This document shows, piece after piece, positions 38,451 to 48,750 of a DNA stretch of 64,000 nucleotides. A program made the translations under genes and the position numbers. The notes beneath the pieces are model-generated. The model was not told the origin of the DNA, did no database searches, and was given only the letters and a program-made list of their open reading frames with translations. Source of the DNA: a bacterium. Its GTDB lineage: Bacteria; UBA8248. The first letter of the stretch is position 1, and every line of letters begins with the position of its first letter. Where the stretch lies: positions 128,001 through 192,000 of the forward strand of contig CBDBZY010000003.1 of the NCBI GenBank assembly GCA_965213685.1. The letters run 5' to 3'.

Positions 38451-39584
38451 GTGATGGCGGTTTCGGAAACCGGGAATCGACCGATTGGCCTGGCGATAGT
38501 CGGCTGCGGGCGGGTGGGGCGCATTCGCGCGCGGTGTGCCAGGGAGTATCCGGGCACGGAGTGGCTCGGCTGCTGCGACGTGGATACGAAGAAGGGCAGG
38601 GCCATGGCGGAGGAGTTCGGCGCTGATTTTTTCACCGCCGATTTTTCGGAGCTGATCGCCAGACCGGAGGTCAACGCCGTCATCATCGCCACGGACGAGG
38701 AGTGGCACGCGAGGCCGCTGTGGGAGGCGATAGCCCGGGGGCACAGGATACTGGTGGAGAAGCCGCTGGCCACGAGCGTGACGGAGTCGGCGAGAATCGT
38801 GGAGGCGGCGGAGTCAGCGGGCGTGGAGCTGCTGGTGGGCTATACCCAGCGCTTCCGCAGGCGGTGGCTCACGGCGAGGGAGCACGTGCAGTCCGGGATT
38901 CTGGGCGAGATCACCTCCGCGACGACGCGCGCCCTGCTCAACCGCCAGGTCGGCATCACCCGCCTGGGGCGGAACGAGGATCGCTCCATGCTGACGCCCA
39001 TGGTCATATCCGGGACCCATGCGCTCGACGTCATGCTGTTCGTGATGGGGCCGGGGAAGCGTCCCGTGGAGGTGGTCTCGCGCTCGATATCGAGGGTGAT
39101 GGCGGGCGTCGGCACCCAGGACGCCACCTTCAGCATCTTCACCTTCGACGATGGCACCATCTGGAGCATGGAGTGCAGCTGGGGGATGCCCACCATCTGG
39201 CCCGCATCGACGTATGGCCTCGCCATCAGCGTGGTGGGCACCGAGGGCGCACTCACCATCGACGACACCCACGCCGATTTCATCATGGCGTCCGAGAATC
39301 CCCTGGCCTCCCACCGGGGGGAGGAGCGCCACGTGCACCTGCTCGGCAGCTATCCGGCGGGGGACATGTCCAGGGGCCGGTTCTGGGGTCCGATGCGCGA
39401 CGAGTCCATCGCCTGGCTCGCGCACCTCTACACGGGGGCGGACATGCCCCACGCCACGGGGGCGGAGGGACACCGCAACCTCATGCTCTGCATGGCGTGC
39501 GACCTGTCGGCGAGGCGGGGGGAAGCCGTCCAACTGCCCATCGCACCGGAGGCGCTGCACGCGGGACTCCAGGCGAGAGCCTAG
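38451..39584 (+). CDS. Gfo/Idh/MocA family oxidoreductase (paralog of upstream gene)
   Basis: IVGCGRVG, VEKP, GYTQRF and SGTHALD; shares TPMVISGTH and WGPMR with the upstream gene. Confidence 0.88.
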   Translation: MMAVSETGNRPIGLAIVGCGRVGRIRARCAREYPGTEWLGCCDVDTKKGRAMAEEFGADFFTADFSELIARPEVNAVIIATDEEWHARPLWEAIARGHRILVEKPLATSVTESARIVEAAESAGVELLVGYTQRFRRRWLTAREHVQSGILGEITSATTRALLNRQVGITRLGRNEDRSMLTPMVISGTHALDVMLFVMGPGKRPVEVVSRSISRVMAGVGTQDATFSIFTFDDGTIWSMECSWGMPTIWPASTYGLAISVVGTEGALTIDDTHADFIMASENPLASHRGEERHVHLLGSYPAGDMSRGRFWGPMRDESIAWLAHLYTGADMPHATGAEGHRNLMLCMACDLSARRGEAVQLPIAPEALHAGLQARA

Positions 39585-39931
39585 TCCATCGTCGCACTCG
39601 GCGGAGGCCAGTCCGCCGACTTGTTCTTGAACGAGAGGTAGATGAATTCGCCGTCTCCCCCGTTCCGGAACTCGTGCTCCACCCCTTCGGGGATGTGGAT
39701 GATGTCGCCCGCCGTGACGGTCTTCTCCTCATCCCCCACGCGGAACCACGCCGCTCCCTCGACGACGTTGATGATCTGCTCGCAGCCGTGCGTGTGCGGG
39801 CGCGCCAGCTTGCCGGGCTGGCTCACCGACCGGTTCAGCGTGACGTGCTCGCCGATGATGATGCTGCCCTCCGAATCCGAGGGCCTGGCCAGGTTCTTGC
39901 GCCTCATCTCCTCCCAACGGTAAAACGGCAT
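39581..39931 (-). CDS. cupin domain protein
   Basis: PHTHGCEQ...VVEG and GDIIHIPEGVEH cupin motifs; GAGGAG RBS. Confidence 0.88.
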   Translation of the reverse strand: MPFYRWEEMRRKNLARPSDSEGSIIIGEHVTLNRSVSQPGKLARPHTHGCEQIINVVEGAAWFRVGDEEKTVTAGDIIHIPEGVEHEFRNGGDGEFIYLSFKNKSADWPPPSATMD

Positions 39932-40286
39932 GGTTTGGCTCCTCTTCAGGTTCAGGCGTTTCCTGTTCCGGGACGCGACAAATCCGCGTCCGTCCCCCAT
40001 CATTTGTTGACACCCCAACGCTCCCGTCTGTAAGATTTCCCCAAGCATACATCAAAGAGCGTGGGCGGGGGAGCGAGAAGCACCAGGATGCATCCCCGCC
40101 GGTATGCTTCTGTTGTCGCCGGCGGCTTCTCATGCCGCGGATTTTGGCGGGAAACCGGGCGGGCGGGGAGAGGGGAGTATGTTCCGTCGCGCCTCCCCCG
40201 GGAAACGGGCATGATGCGCCAGAGCAGGTCCAGCACTGAAAATGTTGCCGAAACGCCAGTCACCTTTATTATCAGGGAGAGGAAAA

Positions 40287-41270
40287 ATGAAAAAAATCAC
40301 CATGATGTTCGGAGTCTTGGCCTTGGTCCTGCCGTTCCTGGCGGTGGGCGACGCCTGGAGTGCGCCCGCGAAATACGACCTGGCGGTCGGCAGCCTGCGC
40401 GGCACCATGGGCAGGCTGGGTGCGGGCCTCACCGAGATTTTCAACAAGAGGCAGAACAAGGCCATCATCAGCGTGGTGCCCGGCGGCGGCCGCGCCAACC
40501 CCGCGCGCCTCGGAACGGGCGGTGCGGATTTCGCCTATTCGTTCTCGAATTTCGCCAGCGCGGCGATCGCCGGCAAGACGCCCTACAAGAAAGCGTACAA
40601 GGACATCCGGGGCGTCGCCACGTTCTGGGCCTCTTGCTACCACCAGTATGCGGCCAAGGAGCGGTATGACGCAGGCGTCAAGACCTGGGGGGACATCATC
40701 AAGTCGAAGACGCCCCTGAAGCTGGCGCCTGCGAAAAAGGGCACCAGCTCGGAATACGTGGCGAGCCTGATCGTCAAGCACTACGGAACGAGCTACCGCG
40801 CGCTCACGAAGCGGGGCTACAAGCTCACCTTTCCGGGCGCCGGCGGCATGTCGCGCGCGATCCGGGCGCGCCAGATTGACTTCTACTTCCACAATTCGGG
40901 TGACCCCAACGGCGCGGGCATCCAGGCGGCACTAGGCAGGAATCTCGTATTCCTGGACATGGCCGACGAGGTGAAGAAAATGCTCGCGGGCCATGGGTTC
41001 ACGCCCTGCCAGATTCCGGGCGGCATCTACAAGGGAACCGACAAGCCGAAGGATTCGATGGGGCTTTCCGGCGTGCTGCTCACCACGACCAAGATGAACC
41101 CCGACGTGGTGTATTCGATTCTCAAGACGGCGCAGAGAGAGAAGAAGTTCCTCTCGAACGTCCACAAGATTTATAAAAGATGGGACCCCAAGAAGGCGGG
41201 CATGAACATCGGAGCGCCCCTGCACGAGGGCGCGAAGCGCTTCTACAAGGAGATCGGCGCGTCGAACTAG
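40287..41270 (+). CDS. TAXI family TRAP transporter substrate-binding protein
   Basis: Signal peptide, PGGG..N, IPGGIYKG and PLHEGAKRFYKEIG; next to a 4TM/12TM permease. Confidence 0.88.
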   Translation: MKKITMMFGVLALVLPFLAVGDAWSAPAKYDLAVGSLRGTMGRLGAGLTEIFNKRQNKAIISVVPGGGRANPARLGTGGADFAYSFSNFASAAIAGKTPYKKAYKDIRGVATFWASCYHQYAAKERYDAGVKTWGDIIKSKTPLKLAPAKKGTSSEYVASLIVKHYGTSYRALTKRGYKLTFPGAGGMSRAIRARQIDFYFHNSGDPNGAGIQAALGRNLVFLDMADEVKKMLAGHGFTPCQIPGGIYKGTDKPKDSMGLSGVLLTTTKMNPDVVYSILKTAQREKKFLSNVHKIYKRWDPKKAGMNIGAPLHEGAKRFYKEIGASN

Positions 41271-41312
41271 CCGGATTTCGGACGGGTTCCCAAGGAGAAA
41301 GAGGCGACAGGG

Positions 41313-43289
41313 ATGATGGATGGGAAAGAAAGGACTCCACTGGACTGGCTCGTTCTGGCGATAGCGGTCGGCATGTCCGTCTTTCACATCCAGGTGGCCT
41401 ATACGGGAGGGTATGAGCCGCTCTACCAGCGGGCGCTTTCCTACCTGTTCGGCATGTCCCTGATATTCATCGTCTACAGAAAACCGGCCGGGGGAGGGTG
41501 GCGCGCCGTCGCGGCGGCCGCCATCTTCCTCCTGGCGGTGCTCTCGGTCGCCTATCCGATATGGAACATCGACTATTTTCTGGACCGTCTGTATTACGTG
41601 GACCCGCTGGGTCCCGTGGACATGATCCTCGGCACGGCGGTTCTGGTGCTCACCTTCGAGGCGGCGCGAAGGACCATCAACCTGGCGCTGCCGATGATTT
41701 CGCTCTTCTTCATCGTCTATTCGTATTTCGGCCCCTATTTCCCCTGGTATCTGGCGCACAAGGGCGCCTCCTACATGCACATCGTGGATCACCAGTACAT
41801 GACCTACGACGGTCTCTGGACGGCGCCGCTGAGCGTTTTCTCGGTCTACATCTTTCTTTTCATCCTGTTCGGCGCGTTCCTGGACCGCATGGGGGCAGCC
41901 GATTTCTACGTGAAGCTCTCCGTGTCGGTCGCGGGCAAGCTGCGGGGCGGGCCGGCGAAGGCGTCGGTCTTCGCCAGCGCCATGACGGGAACCATCATGG
42001 GCAGCGCCAACGCCAACGTGGTCACCACGGGGTCGTTCACCATACCGATGATGAAGCGCACGGGATTCCGTCCGGAGATAGCGGCGGCGATCGAGACGGC
42101 GGCCTCCACGGGGGGGCAAATCATGCCGCCCGTCATGGGGGCTTCCGCGTTCCTGATAGTGGAGTTCACGGGCATATCCTACTGGGAAATCGTGAAGGTA
42201 TCGATTCTGCCGGCCGTTCTCTACTTCTTCTCCGTCTACGCCATCGTGCACCTGGAGGCCAGGAAGGAAGGCCTTGTGGGCATGTCCCGGGAGTTGATAC
42301 CCCCCCTGGGGCCCATCATGAGGGACGGGTGGTTCTACCTCCTCCCCCCCCTGGTGATTCTGGCGATCCTCATGACGGGCAGGAGCGTTCCCTATGCGGG
42401 CCTCGCCGGCATCCTGTCCGTCGTGCTTCTGGCGGGGCTGAAGGGCGCCCTCGACTTGCGGGAAAAGGCCAGGAGGGAGGGCACGAGCGTAGGCGAGGTC
42501 GCGCGCGAGGTGGGCAGGGGGCTTTGGAACATCGTCCTGGCACTGGAGAAAGGGGCGGTGCAGTCGCTCCCCATATGCGCGGCCGTGGGCGCGGTGGGCA
42601 TCATCATGGGCGCCTTGTTTCAAACCGGCCTGGGCCTGAAGTTCTCCTCCCTGGTCACGAACCTGGCGAATGACAACCTGTTTCTGGGGATTCTCCTGGT
42701 GGGCGTGGCCTCGTTCGTGCTCGGCATGGGCCTGCCGACGAGTGCGGCCTACATCGTCTTGTCGGTCATGGCGGTGCCCGCACTCCTGGAGCTGGGAGAG
42801 CCATACAAGCTCTCGCTTCTCTCCGCCCATCTCATCGTGTTCTGGTATAGCCTGGACAGTTGCTTCACGCCCCCGGTATGCGTGCCGGCCTATACGGCGG
42901 CGGGCATAGCGGACGCCAATCCGGGGAAGGCCGCCTGGGCGTCTTTCCGTACGGCCAAGGGCATGTACATCCTGCCCATGATGTTCGCCTTCACCCCGAT
43001 TCTGCTGATTCGCCAGCCCTGGTTGTCGCTGGAGACCTTCGCCGCCGCCCTGCTCGGCTTCCAGGCACTGGCCGCCGCCATGGTCGGGTTCATGTATTTT
43101 TCCTTCTCCGGGCCGGTGCGCGCACTCCTTTTCCTCTCGGCGGGGCTCTTGTTCTGGCCGGGGTATGCGAACCACCTGGCCGGTGCAATCCTGCTGGGCG
43201 CGGTGTTCCTCACGCAGCGCAGACGCCTCGCGAGAGAGGGAGAACCCGCCCCCGCCGCCGTCGCCGCCGGGCAGGCGGGCTCCGTATAG
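41313..43289 (+). CDS. TRAP transporter fused 4TM/12TM permease
   Basis: GGPAK, GSANANVVTTG, ASTGGQIMPPVMG, LGMGLPT and TPPV. Confidence 0.92.
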   Translation: MMDGKERTPLDWLVLAIAVGMSVFHIQVAYTGGYEPLYQRALSYLFGMSLIFIVYRKPAGGGWRAVAAAAIFLLAVLSVAYPIWNIDYFLDRLYYVDPLGPVDMILGTAVLVLTFEAARRTINLALPMISLFFIVYSYFGPYFPWYLAHKGASYMHIVDHQYMTYDGLWTAPLSVFSVYIFLFILFGAFLDRMGAADFYVKLSVSVAGKLRGGPAKASVFASAMTGTIMGSANANVVTTGSFTIPMMKRTGFRPEIAAAIETAASTGGQIMPPVMGASAFLIVEFTGISYWEIVKVSILPAVLYFFSVYAIVHLEARKEGLVGMSRELIPPLGPIMRDGWFYLLPPLVILAILMTGRSVPYAGLAGILSVVLLAGLKGALDLREKARREGTSVGEVAREVGRGLWNIVLALEKGAVQSLPICAAVGAVGIIMGALFQTGLGLKFSSLVTNLANDNLFLGILLVGVASFVLGMGLPTSAAYIVLSVMAVPALLELGEPYKLSLLSAHLIVFWYSLDSCFTPPVCVPAYTAAGIADANPGKAAWASFRTAKGMYILPMMFAFTPILLIRQPWLSLETFAAALLGFQALAAAMVGFMYFSFSGPVRALLFLSAGLLFWPGYANHLAGAILLGAVFLTQRRRLAREGEPAPAAVAAGQAGSV

Positions 43290-43461
43290 GGCGAACGCCG
43301 CGCGCACGCGCCCCTCGTGGAGGAGAAGCGGGGCTTTTCCGCCGCCCCGCCGGACGTGGGTCGCGTCGTGGAATGTGGAATACGGCGCGGCGGCGCCGGG
43401 AGCCATGGGGAGGGGCCGGACGAGAGCGTTTCGGACGTGTCCGCATCCAGGAGTTTTGCGC

Positions 43462-44370
43462 TTGGCCATCACGTTGCTGGAGAACTTTCGCGCCGTTTTC
43501 TACGCGCCGTTTTACGCCGCCTTCGCACTCGGAGCCTACGAGGAGGAGGGGGTGGACGTTCGTCTGGCGCAATCCCCCGACCCCTCCCAGACCGCGAACG
43601 TCCTGATGTCCGGTGCGGCCCACGTCAGCTGGGGCGGCCCCATGCGCGTCATGGTGGCCTATGATCGGGTGCCCGCGTGCGATCTCCGGATCTTCTGCGA
43701 GGTCGTTTGCCGGGATCCGTTCTTTCTGGTCGCCAGGGAGCCGAACCCCCGGTTTCGGTTGCGCGATCTGCTGGGCAAAAGGGTGGCCACGGTGAGCGAG
43801 GTGCCCACCCCCTGGATGTGCCTCCAGCACGATTTGCGCCTGACGGGACTCGACCCGGGGGTGCTGGATAGAATTCCGGATCGCGCGATGGGGGAGAACG
43901 CGGCGGCCCTGCGCGCAGGCGACGCGGACGTCGTCCAGGTGTTTCAGCCCTTGGCGGAGGAGTTGGTCGAGGAGGGCGCCGGCCACGTCTGGTATGCGGC
44001 GGCGGCGCGGGGCTTGACGACGTATACGGCGTTTTACGCGACGGGCGAATTCTTGCGCGACGAGCCGGAGGCCGCCCTCGGCATGACGCGGGCGATGGGC
44101 AGGACGCAACGCTGGCTCGCCGGGAACGACGCAGAGGAGGTCGCCCGGCTCGTGAGGCCCTATTTTGGGGACGCTCCCCCGGAGCTTCTGGCGAGGGCGA
44201 TCGCGCGATACCAGAAAATCGGCCTCTGGAACCAAAAAAGCCCCCGCCTGGCGCGCGCGAGTTTCGAGTGGCTGCAGGCCGCCTGCCTGAGCGGCGGGCT
44301 CATCCAGACGGGCGTCCCCTATGAGCGGGCGGTGGATATGCGCTTCGTGGATGCGGCGGCCGCCGCGTAG
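43462..44370 (+). CDS. NMT1/THI5-like substrate-binding protein
   Basis: ENFRAVFYAPFY, SWGGPMR, RDPFFLV, EVPTPW and FQP; no obvious signal peptide; start position uncertain. Confidence 0.75.
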   Translation: MAITLLENFRAVFYAPFYAAFALGAYEEEGVDVRLAQSPDPSQTANVLMSGAAHVSWGGPMRVMVAYDRVPACDLRIFCEVVCRDPFFLVAREPNPRFRLRDLLGKRVATVSEVPTPWMCLQHDLRLTGLDPGVLDRIPDRAMGENAAALRAGDADVVQVFQPLAEELVEEGAGHVWYAAAARGLTTYTAFYATGEFLRDEPEAALGMTRAMGRTQRWLAGNDAEEVARLVRPYFGDAPPELLARAIARYQKIGLWNQKSPRLARASFEWLQAACLSGGLIQTGVPYERAVDMRFVDAAAAA

Positions 44371-44552
44371 GAGCCTCAAAACGCCCCCGCTGCAGACTCC
44401 CCGCAGCCGGGGACGCGCGGGCGCGTCCGCAAGGGCGGATGTGAGGCGGGCTTGCGGGTTTTGGGAAAAAACCGGATGATGAAGCGTCATTCCCGGGCGG
44501 AGGAAGGGGCGTTCTCTCGATTTCCTGAAACGAGGAGAGGAGCGAAGAAACC

Positions 44553-44885
44553 ATGAGCGGCGAACTTGCGGCCAAAGAATGCGTGCCTTGCAAAGGGGGC
44601 GTGCCTCCCCTGGAAGGGGATGCGCTTTCCGCCCTGCAGGAGCAGCTGGGCGGCGACTGGCGCGTGGTGGACGGGCATCACCTGGAGAAGGAATACCGGT
44701 TTCCCGACTTTCAGACGGCTCTCGACTTCACGAACCGCGTGGGCGAGATGGCCGAGGCGCAGGGCCACCACCCCGACATCCATCTGGCGTGGGGGAAGGT
44801 GAAGGTCGTCGTCTGGACGCACAAGATAGATGGCTTGACGGAGAGCGACTTCGTTTTCGCGGCCAAATCGGACCAGGCGCTGTAG
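44553..44885 (+). CDS. phhB: pterin-4-alpha-carbinolamine dehydratase
   Basis: CVPC.GG, AEAQGHHPDI and WTHKIDGLTESDFVFAAK. Confidence 0.92.
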   Translation: MSGELAAKECVPCKGGVPPLEGDALSALQEQLGGDWRVVDGHHLEKEYRFPDFQTALDFTNRVGEMAEAQGHHPDIHLAWGKVKVVVWTHKIDGLTESDFVFAAKSDQAL

Positions 44886-44948
44886 GCGGGACGTCTTCAT
44901 CGGCGGGCGCGGGTCCGCGCACGCGCCTCTGCGCTGCGGGGAGAGAAC

Positions 44949-46025
44949 TTGCGGGTCGCTTTTCTGAACTCCTGGATGCTCGACGCGGCGCGAGGCTCGG
45001 GCACGGCGGCGGCCATCACGGGGCTGGCCGGCGGGCTGGAATCCGGCGGGCACGCGGTGGAGATCGTCGGCCCCCAGGAGCGCGCCTCCAGCCTTCTGCT
45101 CCAGCGGCTCCTGTATAACCTGGAGCTGGGCGGGCGCGCGTCGTTTGACGATTTCCACCTCGTCGTGGGCTTCGACATCGACGGCTTCGACCTGCGCCTC
45201 CGGGCGCCCTTCATCGTCTTCCTGCACGGGATCGCCGCCGACGAGATGCGCTTCGAGCGGGGCGCTCCACGCCAGTATCTGCGCGCCCTCTCCCACCTGG
45301 AGCGCGCCAACGCGCGCCGCGCCGACAGGGTCATCGTCACCAGCGCATACAGCCGGGAGGTGGCCTGCGAGGCGTATGGCCTGCCGGCGGAGAAGGTCGG
45401 CGTCGTGCCGAACGGGATATGGCCGCCCGACTGGGAGCGCGTGCGGGGGATGCGGAAATCGTCGGGCCAGACCATCCTCTCCGTGGCGCGGCAATACCCC
45501 CGAAAAAACACCAGGCGCCTGATTCACGCCATGCCGCGCGTGCGCGCGCGCCTGCCGGGTGCGCGGCTGCGCGTCGTGGGCGGCGGGCCCTGCCTCCGCG
45601 CCCTGGAGAAGCAGACCCGAAGCCTGGGCCTGGACGACGCCGTGACGCTCCTGGGCGAAGTGCCCGGGGATGAGGTTGTGCGCCGGGAATACGCGGCGGC
45701 GGATGTCTTCTGCCTGCCCTCGCTGCAGGAGGGCTTCGGCATCGCGTTTCTGGAGGCGATGGCGGCGGGCCTGCCCGTGGTCGGGCTACGGACGGCCGCG
45801 ACGCCTGAGGTCGTGCGCGATGCGGGGGTGCTGCTGCCGCCGGAGGAAGCCGCCATCCCCGAGGGTGGAGGGAGCGAGGACGCCCTGGCCGACGCGCTCG
45901 TCGCCCTGCTCGGCGATGCGGCGCACCGCGAGCGGATCGGCCGCCGGGGGGTCGCGCGCGCGGCGTCTTTTGGCTGGCCCGCCGTGGCCGAACGCTTCAT
46001 GGCCGAGGCGTCGGGCTGCCTCTAG
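44949..46025 (+). CDS. glycosyltransferase family 4
   Basis: VVPNG, RQYPRKN and LPSLQEGFGIAFLEAMAAGLP. Confidence 0.88.
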   Translation: MRVAFLNSWMLDAARGSGTAAAITGLAGGLESGGHAVEIVGPQERASSLLLQRLLYNLELGGRASFDDFHLVVGFDIDGFDLRLRAPFIVFLHGIAADEMRFERGAPRQYLRALSHLERANARRADRVIVTSAYSREVACEAYGLPAEKVGVVPNGIWPPDWERVRGMRKSSGQTILSVARQYPRKNTRRLIHAMPRVRARLPGARLRVVGGGPCLRALEKQTRSLGLDDAVTLLGEVPGDEVVRREYAAADVFCLPSLQEGFGIAFLEAMAAGLPVVGLRTAATPEVVRDAGVLLPPEEAAIPEGGGSEDALADALVALLGDAAHRERIGRRGVARAASFGWPAVAERFMAEASGCL

Positions 46026-46050
46026 CGATTCCGTCTCTCTCCCTTGACGC

Positions 46051-46100
46051 TGACGGGAGGAGCGGGCGTGGAGGGGGAGGCGACTCCGCTCCCCCCGTCA
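46051..46100. terminator. long GC-rich hairpin between convergent genes
   Basis: TGACGGGAGGAGCGG ... CCGCTCCCCCCGTCA imperfect inverted repeat. Confidence 0.45.
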
Positions 46101-46184
46101 AGAGAAATCGAAATCGCTTCCCTTACAACACAACGAGGCGCGCGATACGGGAGGCATCTCCCCCTCCCCTCCCCCCGCTGCGGC

Positions 46185-48050
46185 TCAGAAGGCGGTGCGC
46201 AAGACGATCGCCAGCCGGTGGCTGCGGCGCGACCCGTCGCCGAAGCGGCCGGCGTAATCCGCCAGGAGGCTCGCGCGCTCGCCCATCTTCGCGCTCAGGC
46301 CGAGGTGCGCGCTCACCGACTGGCCCGGCGGCTCGAAACCCGGGAGGGTAAAGCGTCCGGGCATGGTGTTCGAACCGGCGGAGACGAGGACGGGCTCGTC
46401 CCGCAACTCCCGCTCGTAGGCGACGCGGGCGTAGGGGCGAATCTCCCCCGCGCCCGCCCCGATCCGCCCGGCGTACTGGTAGCCCGCGCGCGCGATGAGG
46501 GAATCGTGGTCGAAGTCCAGAAAATTCATCGCGGTGGAGGAGCGTCCGCTCTCCCGGTAGCCCCGGACCTCCTGGTCGACGTAGGACACGCCGAGGAAGG
46601 GGCCGTGCCGGAGCCCCGCGCGCTCGCCGAAGAGCCAGCCGAGGCCGAGGTCGCCGCCGAACTGGGCGGCGGTGGTGTCGCCGCCCTCGGAGCGTGTCGC
46701 CGTCCCCGCCAGGGGAACCGTGCGGCTGACCTCCACGGACGTTCCGCCCAAGCGCAGGGCGCCGTGCAGATAGAGGGCGCCGCGCCGCCAGGTGCCGTGC
46801 ATCGAGCCGAGCGCCACGGTGCTGTCCAGGTTCGCGCCCGAGAGGTCGCTGTCGTGGCGGGCGACGCTCACCGCCGCGCCCCAGTCGAGGTCGGCCCCCG
46901 CGCGGTGGCTGGCGCCCAGGGTGATCATCCGCATGTCGGTCCGGGTTTCGCCGAGGCGCGCGAGGACGTCGACGTCCTCCTTGCCGACGCGCCCGGTCGC
47001 GTAGGCGCGCCAGCTCCCGATGGGCCGATCCTGCGCGAAGTCCAGGCTCCGCTGCGCGGCCACGGCGTCGCGGTGCGCCTCCGCCGCGTCGAGTCCCGCC
47101 TTGCCGGCGAGCGAGACCTGGAGCGGCGCCGCGAGCGCGGAGACGACCATGCCGGCGATGATCGCCTGGCCCGCCCCGCTCGGGTGGCTGCGGTCCGCGA
47201 ACAGATACCTCTGGTTGTCGCCGGGGGCGTAGGTGACGGCATAGCCGGAGCCCTCCGGGCCGCAGGTGACCGCGTTCGCGCCGAAGGGGCGGCAGGCCGT
47301 TCCGGCCACGTGGGTGATGCCGTGCCCCTCCGGGTCCGCGGCGATCTCCTCTATCGCGCCGGAGATGTTGATGGGGATGATTCCCTCCTCGCGCCCGCGC
47401 AGGCCGGCGCGGAGGCGCTCGTTGTAGGCTTTGCTCAGCGCGCTCAGCACGGCCCGGGTGGTTGCGGGAAAGGTGGCGGCGAAAGGCGTCAGGCCGATGT
47501 TGGGCAGGTTGTACACCACAATGTGGCGGGCGCCGGCCTCCTGGAGGCGTCGTATCTGTGCGGCGGCGACATCGGCGGCCGCCAGCGTGTGGGACTGCGC
47601 GTTGGCCGTGCCCAGGAGGAGGTCCGCCGTCGCAGCCGCGTCAATGTCGTTCACCCCGCCCCAGACGAGGTATAGCGCACGGGAGTCGGCGCGCCCGCCC
47701 GGCCGCGCGGAGAGGTAGCCGTCTATCTGTTCCGGGATCGTCGGCACCGCCTCCTGCAGGCAGGGGCCGTCCGGATTCATGCAGGCTCCGCCCCAGGCGT
47801 GGTTCGGCCCGCCGGCCAGCGAGTTCTTGCTCGACGCGCCGAAGGTGCGCGCGATGATCGCGGCGGAGATCGGGTCGGGGTTGGTGGTGAAGCTGCTGCC
47901 CGCCGGCAGGTTTAGCTGCTGGGCCACGTTGCCGGTGTCGCTCAGGCTGTCGCCGAACACGACGACGTCGCCAAAGCTCTGGGCCGACGCGCTCCCCGCG
48001 AGGCCGAGGAGGAGGAGAAAGACGCCGATTGCGGGAAAATGACGGGACAT
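46185..48050 (-). CDS. GDSL esterase autotransporter (EstA-like)
   Basis: Signal peptide, FGDSLSD, GVND, ADRSHP, and a beta-barrel domain ending in Phe (LRTAF). Confidence 0.9.
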   Translation of the reverse strand: MSRHFPAIGVFLLLLGLAGSASAQSFGDVVVFGDSLSDTGNVAQQLNLPAGSSFTTNPDPISAAIIARTFGASSKNSLAGGPNHAWGGACMNPDGPCLQEAVPTIPEQIDGYLSARPGGRADSRALYLVWGGVNDIDAAATADLLLGTANAQSHTLAAADVAAAQIRRLQEAGARHIVVYNLPNIGLTPFAATFPATTRAVLSALSKAYNERLRAGLRGREEGIIPINISGAIEEIAADPEGHGITHVAGTACRPFGANAVTCGPEGSGYAVTYAPGDNQRYLFADRSHPSGAGQAIIAGMVVSALAAPLQVSLAGKAGLDAAEAHRDAVAAQRSLDFAQDRPIGSWRAYATGRVGKEDVDVLARLGETRTDMRMITLGASHRAGADLDWGAAVSVARHDSDLSGANLDSTVALGSMHGTWRRGALYLHGALRLGGTSVEVSRTVPLAGTATRSEGGDTTAAQFGGDLGLGWLFGERAGLRHGPFLGVSYVDQEVRGYRESGRSSTAMNFLDFDHDSLIARAGYQYAGRIGAGAGEIRPYARVAYERELRDEPVLVSAGSNTMPGRFTLPGFEPPGQSVSAHLGLSAKMGERASLLADYAGRFGDGSRRSHRLAIVLRTAF

Positions 48051-48321
48051 GTGCGGGACTCCTTTGGTTCCGGGGAGAGCGTGACGCGAATGGGTCGGGC
48101 CTGTCCTCTGGCTTGGGCCGCAAGATATCGGGTCACGCCGCGCGCGGCAAGCGCAGCGTCCTCTCGCGCAGCTCCCCCCATCCGGGGGAGGGGAGACCCC
48201 GCATCGGCGTTTTCCGGGAGCGGGAGGGGAGGCGGGAGAGTGAAAGGCCGGTGCGATGGCCGCGCAGAAATGGTATGGTGGTGCGTCTGTTCTCATAGCG
48301 CGATCAAAGATGGGGTGCCGC

Positions 48322-48585
48322 ATGGCGGATGGGCTGGCCGGATTCAGGGAGCGGATCGATGCGTGCGATGAGGCGATAATCCGCCTCATCAACGAACGGC
48401 TCCGGATATGTCTCGAGGTGGGCGAATACAAAAGCGCGCGGGGTATCGCCGTGAAGGACGCAGCGCGCGAGAGCGAGGTCATCGCCAGGGTGCTGGGCAA
48501 CAACGCGGGCCCGTGTCCGCCCGACGCCGTGGAGCGGATCTATCGCGTCCTGATAGACACCGCCGTGCGCCTCGAGGAGGAATGA
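48322..48585 (+). CDS. chorismate mutase (AroQ type, standalone)
   Basis: R.RID..D..II.LINER, VG.YK and D..RE..V motif pattern. Confidence 0.85.
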   Translation: MADGLAGFRERIDACDEAIIRLINERLRICLEVGEYKSARGIAVKDAARESEVIARVLGNNAGPCPPDAVERIYRVLIDTAVRLEEE

Positions 48586-48750
48586 CGCCCAGGGACCGAC
48601 GCCGCCGCGTCCCCCGAAAAAGGACGGGAATCGTGCGCCCCTCCGCTCCGACGGGAGGGGTTTTTTCGCCACGCCGCGCAGGATAGGCCTGGAGGGTTTT
48701 TCAGGCTCCGCCCCGCGCTGGAATCATCGTCGCAGAGGGAGAATCCCCGC

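Noticed and set aside
40932-43472. 846-aa minus-strand ORF (likewise 57685..59571, 29983..32100, 21051..23192, 22991..24889)
   Set aside because: These are antisense to clearly recognisable genes and have no domain signatures.
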